This document shows positions 46,737 through 57,300 of a stretch of 64,000 nt of DNA, piece by piece. The position numbers and the translations under genes were made by a program. How positions within the stretch are numbered: position 1 is the first letter of the stretch; every line of letters starts with the position of its first letter. Source of the DNA: a virus (Duplodnaviria > Caudoviricetes); IMG/VR virus record IMGVR_UViG_3300034410_000480, positions 1-64,000 of that record. One strand, given 5' to 3'. The notes under the pieces are model-generated. The model saw only the letters and a program-made list of their open reading frames with translations. It searched no databases and had not been told where the DNA came from.

Positions 46737-46744
46737 TATTTATT
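46737..46744 (-). promoter_or_regulatory. Late promoter-like AATAAATA overlapping the upstream stop codon
   Basis: Followed by SD AGGAG and ATG 46718. Confidence 0.6.
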
Positions 46745-49484
46745 GAATTATCAGTAATGTATCAGTAGTCGTTGAAAATGTTGTTGTAGGTACTGTTGGT
46801 GATCCATTATAAATTAAACCTTTGCTTACCCTAACAGGTCCATAACGACCGACATATCTGTTAGTAACAAAAGGCCACCACGCAAAAGTAATTGCTCCAA
46901 AAGAGCTTATGTGACCAGATGTATTATTTTGCCACGTACGAGTGCCTCCGTTTCCTGTTGCATTCAGCCACCATCGAGCTACCATTGGTCCATTTGAACT
47001 AGTTGAAAGTTCTACTGTTAACAATCCCCACGTATTCTGAGCTAAGGTGCCTGCACTTGAACCAATTGAACCACTTGGACTACCTGACGCTCCTCTATAT
47101 CTCCATTGCATAGCACCATTAGTCATATAATCAACACCATGATACATTGAGTTTGCTGGGTCACTTACTCCAAATATTGTATCGCCTTGGGCAACAGTGT
47201 TTACCCACATTTCAACAGTTATTTGTGTTTGTTGCCCGTACTGCGATTGAAGACTATACTGAGGTCCGCCACTTTGACTACCGTTAGCACCAAAACTTAG
47301 ATTACTAAATTTTTTTGGATTACTTGTACGATAAAATCCTGAAGGTAAATTCATAGTTGACACTGACACAATATTAGCTGATACATTCACATTGTTAATA
47401 GTTATTGCACTTGTTGTATCGACTACAGTGCCACTTGTACTTACAGTTCTAATTTGTACTTGGAATGTTTCCGAATTTTCAACTACACCATCTATAATAG
47501 GTGTAACTGTAAATGATCCGGCATTACTTGTAATTGTAAAGCTACCACTAGATGTACTAAAGTCGCTTGCCGTAGTTACTGTCCAATATAGTGTGGTTGC
47601 ATCTGGAACAGCAGTTGTTGCTACATTAATTGTTACTGAGTTACCTTCACTGACTGAAAATGTTGATGGTGTTGCTGTGTAAGTCGGAACTGCCGGCGGT
47701 ACATACGTAGTTTCATAACCGTTTGAATCTGCTAATGCTACATTAGTTGAAGGGAATGCTCTTGCTGGTCCCCAAATAAGTCTTACTGCACCTTTACCAG
47801 CAGTTGTATTTTCTAAACCAGGATATGAAGGTATATACGAGGCACTAGTTCTTTGATATACAACACCGGCACCACCGCCATAATCTCCGCCGTTTGCTTG
47901 CTGATTGTTGATTCCTCCACGAGTTCCGTCCTCTCCTCCAGATCCGCCTTTACCTGCGTATAAAGTAGTACTATTTGTTGCAGCACCTCCTGCGCCATTT
48001 GCACCCTGACCATATACTCCTACACCGCCACCTCCGGTGGTAGGTATTATCCCAGTAAAATTAATATTTCCTGAGCTATAATGGGCGCCACCGCCACCGC
48101 CACCGCCGCTTCCTGCATCACCAGCATCTAGAACTACAGTACTAGATCCGCCCGAGTGTCTGCCTGCATCACCGCCGGTTCCACTATAGCCACCTGCTCC
48201 GCCTCCTGATTTTGACGATGTTACATATCCGCCACCTGCGCCTCCATAACCTCCTGCGCCACCACCATCTCCTACCACTTCACTACCAGTCCGTGCAATA
48301 GCCGCGCTAGTACTGTCTCCACCTTTTGCTCTAACAGTGGATGTACTTACAAAATAACTACTTCCAGACTGGGTCGCAGGTTGGCCTTGTGAGGTCATTG
48401 TTGCGCCAGCGCCTACAAAAACAGTGTAATCTTCTCCAGGTATAACAGGTATAGAATTTTTATAAGCTAGAGCGCCTCCTTCGCCGCCGTATAACCCCCA
48501 GTCAGCTGTACCACCGCCGCCGATTACCACTGCACTAACACTAGTTACACCAACAGGTGCAGTCCATGTATACATACCAGGAATATCATATAGTATACCC
48601 CCGATTGGTGATGTAGTAGTAATTGAATTAGACATTGCTCCATGGAATTGACAAATATAATAGAAAGTATCCGCTGTATGTACAGTCCATCGAATTGTTC
48701 CGCTAGATGTACCATTATTTGGTATTTCGTCTCCGTCGATAATAATTTTATTGCTCGTACCAGTATTTGCTACTGTTTTAAGAAAAAACGGATGTCCTGG
48801 ACTATTAACTATAAAATCTACAACATCATTTACATAAAATTCTAAAGTTGGATTTTGTCCACTAACTACTCCGTTTCGATCAGTACCAGACAATGTATAA
48901 GACGATGCACTAGAAGCAGATACATTGATTGTGTAATCAGGATCTGTGTTATCTACTACATCAAGACTAGTATCAGAAATAGTAAACTCAGCTGAAGTAG
49001 CATTAGTAGGATTTCCTAACGAGTCAGTGGCATCTAAAGAAAAAGTTGCTATATCAACACCATCAGTTGATAAATCAGCTTTTGCTACTAATGTTACAGT
49101 TGCAATGCTATTATATATAACAGCAGTTCCTTGAAAAGATCCTCCTGTAACATCAGAAACACTAATTCCTTCCCATAAATACCCAACTGATGTGCCATCT
49201 GATACTCCAGTTGTAGTTATGGTAACAGTCATAGTGTCGCCTTCGTCTACTGCGCCGCCAATTGGAGATTTAATTAAAGTGTAGGTAGGAGTACCTGCAT
49301 AATAACTATTTTCATATATTTTTTTCCAACCGCTATTTGCCGTTTTTAGAATATAGAATGCATCTTCGCTAGTAATCCATGCTATTGTTCCTATGTCAAT
49401 TCCCGAATTCGGTATTGCATTTAAATTAGCAAATGTAAGGACATTTTCTTGTGATAAAGATTTTTTTCTTGAATATTTTGCCAT
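46740..49484 (-). CDS. Glycine-rich adhesin-like tail tip protein with cupredoxin-like and C-terminal LamG/ConA-like domains
   Basis: GHPFFLK...YYICQFHGAM; WTAPVGVTSVSAVVIGGGG...GAVRLIWG; C-terminal ITVEMWV...NTW..L.V...GPVRVSKG..Y.....VPT..F.....TLLII. Confidence 0.75.
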   Translation of the reverse strand: MAKYSRKKSLSQENVLTFANLNAIPNSGIDIGTIAWITSEDAFYILKTANSGWKKIYENSYYAGTPTYTLIKSPIGGAVDEGDTMTVTITTTGVSDGTSVGYLWEGISVSDVTGGSFQGTAVIYNSIATVTLVAKADLSTDGVDIATFSLDATDSLGNPTNATSAEFTISDTSLDVVDNTDPDYTINVSASSASSYTLSGTDRNGVVSGQNPTLEFYVNDVVDFIVNSPGHPFFLKTVANTGTSNKIIIDGDEIPNNGTSSGTIRWTVHTADTFYYICQFHGAMSNSITTTSPIGGILYDIPGMYTWTAPVGVTSVSAVVIGGGGTADWGLYGGEGGALAYKNSIPVIPGEDYTVFVGAGATMTSQGQPATQSGSSYFVSTSTVRAKGGDSTSAAIARTGSEVVGDGGGAGGYGGAGGGYVTSSKSGGGAGGYSGTGGDAGRHSGGSSTVVLDAGDAGSGGGGGGGAHYSSGNINFTGIIPTTGGGGVGVYGQGANGAGGAATNSTTLYAGKGGSGGEDGTRGGINNQQANGGDYGGGAGVVYQRTSASYIPSYPGLENTTAGKGAVRLIWGPARAFPSTNVALADSNGYETTYVPPAVPTYTATPSTFSVSEGNSVTINVATTAVPDATTLYWTVTTASDFSTSSGSFTITSNAGSFTVTPIIDGVVENSETFQVQIRTVSTSGTVVDTTSAITINNVNVSANIVSVSTMNLPSGFYRTSNPKKFSNLSFGANGSQSGGPQYSLQSQYGQQTQITVEMWVNTVAQGDTIFGVSDPANSMYHGVDYMTNGAMQWRYRGASGSPSGSIGSSAGTLAQNTWGLLTVELSTSSNGPMVARWWLNATGNGGTRTWQNNTSGHISSFGAITFAWWPFVTNRYVGRYGPVRVSKGLIYNGSPTVPTTTFSTTTDTLLIIQ

Positions 49485-50833
49485 TATGAATAGTCCTGTT
49501 CTTGCACAATACTATCTGTATCTGCTGCATTGATTGCAGGGAAGCTACGACTATCTCCCCACATTATTCTAACAGCTCCGTCTGCTCCATTTTGTCCAAA
49601 ACCTGCTGCTGTATTAGTAGTTACGGCTGTGCCGCTGCCGCCACCACCTGGAAATCCACCTGTTCCTGTATCTCCATCGCCTGCACCTGAACCACCACCG
49701 CCACCGCTTTGGAGTACCGGAAGTCCGTCCGATCCTAGGCCATTAATTCCTACACCACCGCCTCCAGATAATCCTGGTGATGAAATAGCTTCACTGCCGC
49801 CAGCGCCGCCGCCACCTACACCTGCTGTCCCATTTTGACCATTTGCTGGAAGATCTTGAATAAACGACGAACTTCCACCTGTGCCACCAAGGCCGCCGTA
49901 GCCACCTGCTCCGCCACCGCCGCCACCTGTACTTCCAATACTTGTTGCTCCGCTGCCGCCATCACCTCCAGAATATGCTGAATTTAGTCCAGCAACTCCG
50001 CCGCCTGCACCAGCAGTACCAAACGATCCGCCTTGACCACCTGATGCTTCTATCAGTACTTGTCCGTTTCCAGTTTTTGAAATTCTAGTGAATCCACCGT
50101 TAGCACCTGGAAAGTTTCTTACACCTCCGCTGCCTCCAGCACCAACTGTAATTGTTAGTGATGAACCATCATTTGCAACATTATTAGCATAAGATAGTGT
50201 ACCACCACCTCCACCTGCACCAGATGTGTTAGTTGAAGATTGCATACCAGAACCACCGCCACCTGCTCCTATACAAACAATATGTATCAATCCAGGAGTT
50301 CCTTGAGGAGGAACCCATGTATATACTCCTGGTTTAACCCAAATTGCTCCGCTATCTGCTGCGGTAGTAACTGTTTGTGAAAGCAATAATAATACATCTT
50401 TTGAAATACTATTAATTCCGTCACTAGCGGTTACTCTGATAAGTTTTTCACAAGTTTCTGTTGTTGTAATAGGTGTAATGACTAATACACCTGTATCATC
50501 ATCAAATGTTAACGAATCAACTGGATCTGTACCTGTGTTATCACTAGTAAATGTCGGATAAGATAATTCGTAATTTATTAAGGCGCCTTCAGGGTCTGTT
50601 GCACCAAAATCTAAAGTTGTAGTAACACCGGCTTGTTCTAAAAATACTGTTGCATCTATTCGGTTATTCCATATGGGTGGCAGGTTTTCAGTTTGTATAT
50701 ATCCCCATTCGTCGCCGTCCCATAAAAATACTTCACCAGCAATAAAAGACTTACTTCCGTTTGGCACACCAATACTAGGTAATGCATTTGTATATTCTTT
50801 TTGATATCCTTTGTTAGCTCTATAACTACCCAT
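49484..50833 (-). CDS. Glycine-rich adhesin-like tail tip protein; probable start at the TAATG overlap (50833)
   Basis: Shared N-terminal anchor ALP..G...G......V..W.G..W; cadherin/Ig-like ATDPEG...VTASDG; YTWVPP.G...IVCIGAGGGG...GAVRIMWG. Confidence 0.75.
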   Translation of the reverse strand: MGSYRANKGYQKEYTNALPSIGVPNGSKSFIAGEVFLWDGDEWGYIQTENLPPIWNNRIDATVFLEQAGVTTTLDFGATDPEGALINYELSYPTFTSDNTGTDPVDSLTFDDDTGVLVITPITTTETCEKLIRVTASDGINSISKDVLLLLSQTVTTAADSGAIWVKPGVYTWVPPQGTPGLIHIVCIGAGGGGSGMQSSTNTSGAGGGGGTLSYANNVANDGSSLTITVGAGGSGGVRNFPGANGGFTRISKTGNGQVLIEASGGQGGSFGTAGAGGGVAGLNSAYSGGDGGSGATSIGSTGGGGGGAGGYGGLGGTGGSSSFIQDLPANGQNGTAGVGGGGAGGSEAISSPGLSGGGGVGINGLGSDGLPVLQSGGGGGSGAGDGDTGTGGFPGGGGSGTAVTTNTAAGFGQNGADGAVRIMWGDSRSFPAINAADTDSIVQEQDYS

Positions 50834-52557
50834 TAACTGTTCCCCCATGCAAACCGTATAGCACCTTGAGTTCCACTGCTAGTATCTTTACCTAGAAACC
50901 ATTTATAATAATAGCTTGTACCGCTACTGATAATAGTTTGATTACGTATACGTCCACCTACACCACCTCCGGCGCCGCCGCCGTATGCATTACCTGTTGC
51001 TGTCCCGCCATTAGTGCCGTTACCAGCAAGAGTATAGTTATAACTTCCACTATATAATGGTGGTGCATTAGTGCCATTATTTCCAGTTACTGCGCCACCA
51101 TATAAATGCATGCCGCCTCCTTGACCACCATTTGCTTGTTTACTGTAGTTGTATCCGCCATTACTTCTATAGAAGTCGCCACGCCCTCTACCGCCCATGC
51201 CTCCACGGCCTGCGCCGCCTCCGCCACCAGGAAATGTTCCTGAATTACCTGATTGTCCAACGTTACCTGTTTTACCATTAACTATTTCATGGCTGTCGGC
51301 AAGTGTAGCAACAGAGCTGTGTACAGATCCAACTCCCCCGTTACCGCCTGTAATAATTCTACCTATGCCGCCGCCGCCTGCTGTTGCTACAGTAACGGTA
51401 TTATGCACTATATAACTAGCCTGTCCACTAGTTGGATCTAGTATTGAGCCAGATTGTGGATAGTAGGTGAGTCCTGTACCACTATTCGTACTAACTATTT
51501 CAAAAGGACTGTTAGCATAATTTATACCAGCAGTACCACCTGCGCCTACATAAACAGAAATAGCATCTCCAGGTGTAACTGGCCAGCCTAATACTGAAAC
51601 ATAAGCACCACCGCCTCCGCCACCAGATGATCCGTTACTAAATTCTCCTGCTTCAGCTGAACCGCCACCACCGACTGCATAAATTTTTACACTTGTTACT
51701 CCTGCCGGAACTGTAAATGTTCCATTTTCTGTAAATAGTTGGTCACCTGAAACAATTGCACTTGTATCGTTTATTGTAACAGATATATTATCACCACCGT
51801 TATTGAGAGTCAATAAAAATGTTTCACTACCTTCATCTACACTAGAATCTTCTTTAATATTGAATGATTTTTGAGAAGCACCAACTGCATCTATTGTAAA
51901 CGATCCTGTTAAAGAAGTTTCTCCTGGTGCTTCTAAATCTGTTGCTTGTATTCCAGTTATTGTATATGGTAATAAAGTTCCTGTAGGAACATTTACAGTG
52001 TTAAGTGTAATAGTAAATGAATCTCCTTCGTCCACTGTTGCTTGGCTACGAGAAAGTGTATATTCAGCAACAGGTGTTGTGCTTGTATCTCCTATTGTAA
52101 CACTAGTACTATCTGCACCATTATCTAAACTAAAAATCAGTGTTTCGCCGCCTTCAGTTGTTAAATCTTCTGCTACAGTATAAGCCACAGATGCTGTATT
52201 ATCAACAATAGTAAATGAGCCCGTTAACGATGCTCCACTTAAATCTGCACTAGATACTGTTCCTGTTATTGTATAGCCTAAAGTTGTATTATCAGGAATA
52301 TTAGTAGTAGTTAAATTAATAGTTAGTGTATCACCTTCGTCAACTACATTGCTTACAGCTGATACATTATAAGTTTGAATAAACAAACTAGCCGGTGGAT
52401 CTAATAAATTTGCTTCGACCCAAAAATTTCCGTTCCATATATAAACATCGTCGCCTACTATATATCTATCACCTATAGCATTATCACTTAAAGGCAACGC
52501 TTCTTTTGTAGGTTTAACTGAAATTTCAAAGTATTTTTCTTCACTGTAACGACTCAT
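50833..52557 (-). CDS. Glycine-rich adhesin-like tail tip protein
   Basis: Shared N-terminal anchor; two VDEGD Ig-like repeats; FTVPAGVTSVKIYAVGGGG...GAIRFAWG. Confidence 0.75.
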   Translation of the reverse strand: MSRYSEEKYFEISVKPTKEALPLSDNAIGDRYIVGDDVYIWNGNFWVEANLLDPPASLFIQTYNVSAVSNVVDEGDTLTINLTTTNIPDNTTLGYTITGTVSSADLSGASLTGSFTIVDNTASVAYTVAEDLTTEGGETLIFSLDNGADSTSVTIGDTSTTPVAEYTLSRSQATVDEGDSFTITLNTVNVPTGTLLPYTITGIQATDLEAPGETSLTGSFTIDAVGASQKSFNIKEDSSVDEGSETFLLTLNNGGDNISVTINDTSAIVSGDQLFTENGTFTVPAGVTSVKIYAVGGGGSAEAGEFSNGSSGGGGGGAYVSVLGWPVTPGDAISVYVGAGGTAGINYANSPFEIVSTNSGTGLTYYPQSGSILDPTSGQASYIVHNTVTVATAGGGGIGRIITGGNGGVGSVHSSVATLADSHEIVNGKTGNVGQSGNSGTFPGGGGGAGRGGMGGRGRGDFYRSNGGYNYSKQANGGQGGGMHLYGGAVTGNNGTNAPPLYSGSYNYTLAGNGTNGGTATGNAYGGGAGGGVGGRIRNQTIISSGTSYYYKWFLGKDTSSGTQGAIRFAWGNS

Positions 52558-53516
52558 TATCTATCTTTCAGTATCCAACCGTTCACTGAGCTATGAAATA
52601 TTAACCCCAAACTTGCTCTGTTTACATCAACAATTAAATCTTCTGCTTCTCCTTGAATAGGAGCAGTTGAAGTTATCGTACATGCGTTTGTTGCAAAATT
52701 TCCTTTTATATCTACTATCCTTACTTCTTCCCCTTTTGTTGGTCCTGCTGGTAAATCTACAGTTACTGGTCCTGCTGTTGTATCTACAAATATCATATCG
52801 TATGAAGATGCAGCGTAAGGACTTTGTGTAGAGTTTATATCAATAGGCTCAAGAACATCAGCAGATTGACTACTACCAGCAGTAAATGTTAATCCAGTAC
52901 CTGTTGAATTAACTGTTACAAATGCGTTTTCATTTCCAACAAAACTGTTAGGGGTATCTGACATTCCTATAAATGTTGTAATACCTGCTTGTACATCGCC
53001 GTTAAACTGTTCAATAACATTACCACCGTTAGATTGAACCCATACTCCCTCTGTAGCAAACCAAACAGCTAAAATTCCTAATTCACTATCATACCACAAA
53101 TCACCAGCTGCTGGATTAGATGGTGCTGTTGTGCTAACTGTAACACTTGCTCCGCCTCCGCCGCCAGAACCACTTCCTGAAATTGTTAAAACATTTCCAG
53201 ATACTGATGTTGCTATTCCACCGGATCCTACAATTCCTAAGGTTGTATTACCTCCACTAGCTACTCCGGTTCCGCTATCTGATTGAACAGCATTAAATGC
53301 AATTGCACTAGACGAACTTGGTACAAAATTTACTCCGTTATATGCTAAAATTTGTCCTGAAGATGCTCCTGATAAATTAATTTGTACACTATTGCCGTTA
53401 CCCAATGCATTATATAATTCTGTAAAATTACTATTAACTTTACCTGCACCATCTCTTAAGCTATCACCTGTACCGTCATTAGCGCCAGCACCTGTGTTTA
53501 TTGTTTGTTTTGCCAT
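52557..53516 (-). CDS. Baseplate wedge / fibre attachment protein with T4 gp9/gp10-like N-terminus and C-terminal adaptor domain
   Basis: MAKQTINTG..ANDGTGDSLRDG..KVN.NFTELY closely matches T4 gp10 MKQNINIG...DDGTGDYLRKG..KINENFDELY. Confidence 0.8.
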   Translation of the reverse strand: MAKQTINTGAGANDGTGDSLRDGAGKVNSNFTELYNALGNGNSVQINLSGASSGQILAYNGVNFVPSSSSAIAFNAVQSDSGTGVASGGNTTLGIVGSGGIATSVSGNVLTISGSGSGGGGGASVTVSTTAPSNPAAGDLWYDSELGILAVWFATEGVWVQSNGGNVIEQFNGDVQAGITTFIGMSDTPNSFVGNENAFVTVNSTGTGLTFTAGSSQSADVLEPIDINSTQSPYAASSYDMIFVDTTAGPVTVDLPAGPTKGEEVRIVDIKGNFATNACTITSTAPIQGEAEDLIVDVNRASLGLIFHSSVNGWILKDR

Positions 53517-53560
53517 TACTGCGGCTCCTTGTTATCGAATCTTATGTCTTGGTTATCCAA

Positions 53561-54022
53561 CTAAACTGTATTATTATCCAATGCTGGGTATACACCAAAA
53601 CGTCTATAATCTTTTTGTATTGGATTAATAGGTACGTCAGGAACAATTACAGTTCCCTCGTCAATGCCTTGGTTAACTCTTAATGTAAGTTCGCCATTAT
53701 CGTCAACATAGTAAGAATAGTTACCGTCATCAAATTTGTATTGTTGATAAATTAGACTAGGGTAACGCTCCGCATGATTTATATCATTGCCTTCGAAAAA
53801 GTCTACACCTGGTATGAAATAAGGAAAGTCAAATGCCGGATCATCACCAATTTCATTCACTAGTACTCCGTCAGTACTATCAAATGCATCAACTTTACAT
53901 AATATTAATTCTTCACCGTCTGATCGCATACCATAAAAGAAACGTTGACTACGAGTTTGTTTTGCTTTTTTCCTAGGTGTTTCACCTACATAATAAACTG
54001 AGTCTAATTTCTTTAGTGACAT
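53561..54022 (-). CDS. Small tail-associated protein, paralogue of 40706..41071
   Basis: Shared FYG.R...PG.DFFEG.D..H...YY..D.GE...R.NQG motif. Confidence 0.75.
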   Translation of the reverse strand: MSLKKLDSVYYVGETPRKKAKQTRSQRFFYGMRSDGEELILCKVDAFDSTDGVLVNEIGDDPAFDFPYFIPGVDFFEGNDINHAERYPSLIYQQYKFDDGNYSYYVDDNGELTLRVNQGIDEGTVIVPDVPINPIQKDYRRFGVYPALDNNTV

Positions 54023-54351
54023 TAGAGTATTTCCACATAACTTACTATTGCATCTACACTGTTTTCTAGATTACTTTTTACCTTTAATTGATTATCGTTA
54101 CCTAGTATTAACTTTTCTCCTCCTGCAATTAGTCTCAAACTACTGTTAGGAGGTAACATAACTTCTTTAATAAAATATCCTTCAACGTCTAATTCATTTG
54201 TTACAGTTACATCAATGAATAAGTTACTTTCGGAAACGTTTGCTAGACTAATACCTACTACAGTAAGTTTACTATTGTTTGTATTGTCTACCATTGTTAC
54301 TGGTGTAGAACCTATATTTTTTTGTATACTATTTCTAAAATAATTTGCCAT
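54022..54351 (-). CDS. Small beta-sandwich tail protein
   Basis: MANYFRN...TVVGISLAN...DV.......Y..K...PP.SSL....G.KL.L...L.V.S....S.DA..SY.EI. Confidence 0.7.
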   Translation of the reverse strand: MANYFRNSIQKNIGSTPVTMVDNTNNSKLTVVGISLANVSESNLFIDVTVTNELDVEGYFIKEVMLPPNSSLRLIAGGEKLILGNDNQLKVKSNLENSVDAIVSYVEIL

Positions 54352-54355
54352 TTCT

Positions 54356-57300
54356 TTATCCCATAATTAACGCTGCCATAAACGATGCGTCTTCAGCGTC
54401 TGCTACACTTATACCTGAACTTGAAGATGCTGCTACTGGTAACCATTTTCCTTGTATAGAATCCCAACGTAGATAGTCTCCGTTTTGAACTCCGGTAGTG
54501 TCTATATCACCAATTTGATCTAATATAATATCAATACTAGCACCATCAACTGTGCCAGGTTCCCAAGTAAGTGTAAAATTGTTCCAAACTAACGCTTGAC
54601 CGTTTGTTGCACCTGCTTGATCTAATTTTGATGTATTTAGAACACTATTTACACCATCAACTAACAGGGTTGAGTCATCACCAAATATACTACCTGTAAC
54701 ATCACCGTCAAACCCGCCGCCAGTTGCACTAATATAACCTGCATCATTTGTAAAATGACTTACATTTGTAGGAGCACCGTTTAGATCTGCATAGTTACCT
54801 GTTAACCCAACTTGTGCAATACTCGGAGTACCTGATATATTACTATATGTTATTTGCTTAAATGTAACATCACCGCTACCATCAGTGCCTAAAAACTCTC
54901 CGTTATTACCGTCTGCTGTAGGCAATGTATACGATTCGTTAATTTCTATTGCACCGTCATTACCTCGTATTCTTAAACGTTCTTGTAATAAGTTTGTAAC
55001 ATTGTTACTTGCTTGTCCTTGCGACCCTGTTTTGAAAACAATAGCACCGCTACTAGCTGTACCGGTTGATGTTCCTGCAATAACTTCAATTGTACTACCT
55101 GATATATTTGTGCCAACGCCATTTGCTGATGATATAGCTCTTGTTGCTCCGCCTGTGGCATCAGTTGCTGCTCTTCCTAGAGTAATATTACTTTCAACAA
55201 AGAAATCATCATGATTTTCTAATCTAAAGAAATCTGAGCCAATTTCTAGTTGCGGAACATTAGCACTATTTGAATATTTAAGTGCAACGCCTTGAGAGTA
55301 TATTTCGTTTTGTACAGTGATGCTATTGTTAACCACAATTGCACTTGACGTTGTATTCCCTCTACCTGTAACTGTGCCAAATGTGTCTGCTTCAGCAGTA
55401 AGATATCCACTTGCGTTATTAAAGCTAATTACACCTGTAGCTTGATCAAAACTTATATCACCAGTGCCAGAAATATCTGTCAATGCCAAGAAAGACAAAT
55501 CATTATTTAAATCACTTAGATTAACAGGAAAGTTATTATAACTTGATCCATCGTTTGTGTATTGCCATTTGTCTGAAGTTTCGTTCCAACGTATTGCTAC
55601 AGTACTACTTCCGCCTCTAAGGACTTCAATACCTGCATTTTCAGTAGGAGTTCCTGTTGTAAAATCGCTATTGAGTGTGATAATATTATCAGCAAGATTA
55701 ATTGTAGTGCTGTTAACAGTTGTTGTTGTGCCAGATACAATCAAGTTACCGTTAACTGTCATATCGTTTACAGCAATATTATTTGTTGTAGTTGCATTTC
55801 TACTTGTTACACTATGTAATGTATCCGTTTCTGTAATATTAGCACTTGTAATAAATCCGCTAGTGTTATTGAAACTTATTTGTCCAGTTCCTGAATCATA
55901 CGTAATATCTCCAGTACCACTAAGTAATCCACGTATGGTTGCATCTGTTCTTTCAGTGTAAGATATAACACCTGTAGCACTATCATAACTTAGATCGCCA
56001 CTTGCACTAATTAAGCCACGTATTGTTGCATCTGATCGTTCACTGAACGACATTACACCAGTAGCATTGTCATAACTTAGATCGCCACTTGCACTGATTA
56101 ATCCACGTATAGTTGCATCAGTACGTTCAGTAAATGACATAATACCAGTACTATTGTCATAACTTAGATCGCCACCTGCACTAATACCTGTTCGTGTAAT
56201 AAATCCAGCAGTGTTTGTTAAATCACCTGTATCAACAGCAATAACTTGATAGTTAGCACCATCGTTTGTAAATTCCCATTCGTCATTAGTTTCGTTCCAG
56301 CGAATAGCAACAGCAGACGACACACCTCTGTTTACAGATACGCCTGCATTTTCTGTTGGTGTTCCTGTAACGTCACTGTTTAATGTTATTATGTTATCTG
56401 CAACATCAAGTGTAGCTGTATTGATAGTTGTTGTAGTTCCGCTAACTGTTAAGTCTCCACTTACTATTAATCCGCCTACGGTAAGATTGTTAGTAGTAGT
56501 TGCGCCTCTATCTGTAACACTGTCTAGTGTGTCAGTTTCTGTATAGTCAGTTATAAATCCACTATTATTACTAAAGCTAATAACACCTGTTGAATTGTCA
56601 TATCCAATATCCCCAGTGCCGCTAATTAATCCACGTATTGTTGCATCTGATCTTTCGCTATAAGATATAACACCTGTGCTGCTATCGTAACTTAAATCAC
56701 CTCCGGCACTTATTAATCCGCGTATTGTTGCATCTGTTCGTTCAGTAAACGATATAACACCTGTAGCACTATCATAACTAATGTCACCGCTTGCACTTAA
56801 TGCAGATCTTGCTCTACCTTGAGTAAAATATAAATTCGATCCTGATTCAGATATGTCACCAGTGCCTAAAACAACAGCACCGGTTTTTGTGTTTACACTA
56901 GTTACAGGTGAAGCCGATTGTGTGAAGCTAATAACACCAGTACTGCTATCGTAACTTAAATCACCTGATGCACTAATTAATCCACGTATTGTTGCATCAG
57001 TTCTTTCTGTGTAACTAAACACACCTGTAGAATTATCATAACTTAAACTTCCACTAGCACTAAACAATGCTCTAATATCTGAGTCTGAACTTGACGCAGG
57101 AGTATCAGTTAGGTCATTATAACTTCCTGAAGTTGCTACTGTAGCTAAAGTCGGAGTTCCGGATATAGCTGAATATGCAATTTGTCCAAAAGAGGTACTA
57201 CCCGACCCGTCTGTAACAAGTGCTTGGCCAGTTGTACCGTCACTTGTTGGTAATGCATAAGCAGCGTTAATAGTAATTTTTCCATCACTACCACTTATTT

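Noticed and set aside
41100-51700. GC-rich patches as horizontally acquired islands
   Set aside because: They coincide with polyglycine codons (GGN); flanking parts of the same genes are AT-rich.
27610-52557. Diversity-generating retroelement or invertible tip cassette
   Set aside because: No reverse transcriptase or recombinase in the window, no repeat pair differing only at adenines was seen, and all tip genes have the same orientation.
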